Source of the DNA: Candidatus Azoamicus soli
GTDB taxonomy: Bacteria > Pseudomonadota > Gammaproteobacteria > UBA6186 > Azoamicaceae
NCBI GenBank assembly: GCA_043390205.1
Contig: DAWERN010000001.1
Coordinates: forward strand, 143,942 to 207,941
Reading direction: 5' to 3'
DNA: 64,000 nt
The notes beneath the pieces are model-generated. The model did no database searches, had not been told where the DNA came from, and worked only from the letters and a program-made list of their open reading frames with translations. Of this stretch, positions 63,475-64,000 are shown piece after piece. Every line of letters begins with the position of its first letter. Positions within the stretch are counted from its first letter, which is position 1. The position numbers and the translations under genes were made by a program.

Positions 63475-64000
63475 TTAATTGAGTTTTTGTTTTTCTTTTA
63501 TTTTTATTATGTGATTTGAGATTAAGTTCAAGTAAAATTTAATGGAGTCTGTGGAGTCATCATTTCCTGGAATAACATAATCGATATTTTCTGGATTACT
63601 ATTTGAATCAACTATACCAATAATGGGAATATTTAATTTTTTTGCTTCTAAGACAGCTATTGTTTCATAATTTATATCGATTATAAACAATGCTGATGGT
63701 AATATAGTCATATTTTTTATTCCTTGCAAATTCAGTTTTAATTTTGCTAGTTGTTTAGTTGCTTTTAATGTTTCTTTTTTTGTTAGATATTCGTTTTTAT
63801 TTTTTTTAAAATTATCTTCTAATTGTATCAATTTGGATATTGAATTTTTTATTGTATTATAATTTGTTAATGATCCGCCTAACCAGCGAAAATTAACATA
63901 AGGCATATTTATTTTTTCTGCATATATTTTTATTAAATTTGATGCCTGACGTTTTGTACCAACAAATAATATATTACCATTATTAATGATAATGTTTTCT
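63475..64000 (-). CDS. rpsB: 30S ribosomal protein S2 (5' part outside the window)
   Basis: FVGTKRQA upstream of the listed ORF, RWLGGSLTN, EAKKLNIP, DSNSNP, IPGNDD. Confidence 0.97.
   Translation of the reverse strand, partial: ENIIINNGNILFVGTKRQASNLIKIYAEKINMPYVNFRWLGGSLTNYNTIKNSISKLIQLEDNFKKNKNEYLTKKETLKATKQLAKLKLNLQGIKNMTILPSALFIIDINYETIAVLEAKKLNIPIIGIVDSNSNPENIDYVIPGNDDSTDSIKFYLNLISNHIIKIKEKQKLN

Overview
Very AT-rich, gene-dense stretch of a strongly reduced gammaproteobacterial endosymbiont genome. It holds a minimal translation/replication/secretion set: aminoacyl-tRNA synthetases, ribosomal proteins, one 16S-Ile-Ala-23S-5S rRNA operon, six tRNAs, secA, lepAB, tatA, bamE, ssb and dnaQ. 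Interleaved with these are well-preserved respiratory genes: sdhCDAB plus sdhE, a norCB-nirK-FGE-SCO / norQD cluster and a clade I nosZRDFY-orf-L cluster, which together cover nitrite -> NO -> N2O -> N2. No amino-acid or de novo nucleotide biosynthesis genes, transcription factors, mobile elements or CRISPR arrays are seen. This matches the described denitrifying respiratory endosymbionts of anaerobic ciliates ('Ca. Azoamicus'-like); that assignment is inference from gene content. Details worth checking: a di-haem NorC; an orphan ORF inside the nos operon; a probable adenylate kinase pseudogene plus clean loss of prs, pyrH and rnc from their ancestral loci; missing lipoboxes in normally lipidated proteins; ybeY squeezed antisense between tyrS and tRNA-Val; an erased prfB frameshift; a shortened 5S rRNA; eroded synthetase editing domains; and a strand-bias switch near 30-33 kb suggesting the replication origin. 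All family assignments come from motif recognition by eye, without database searches.
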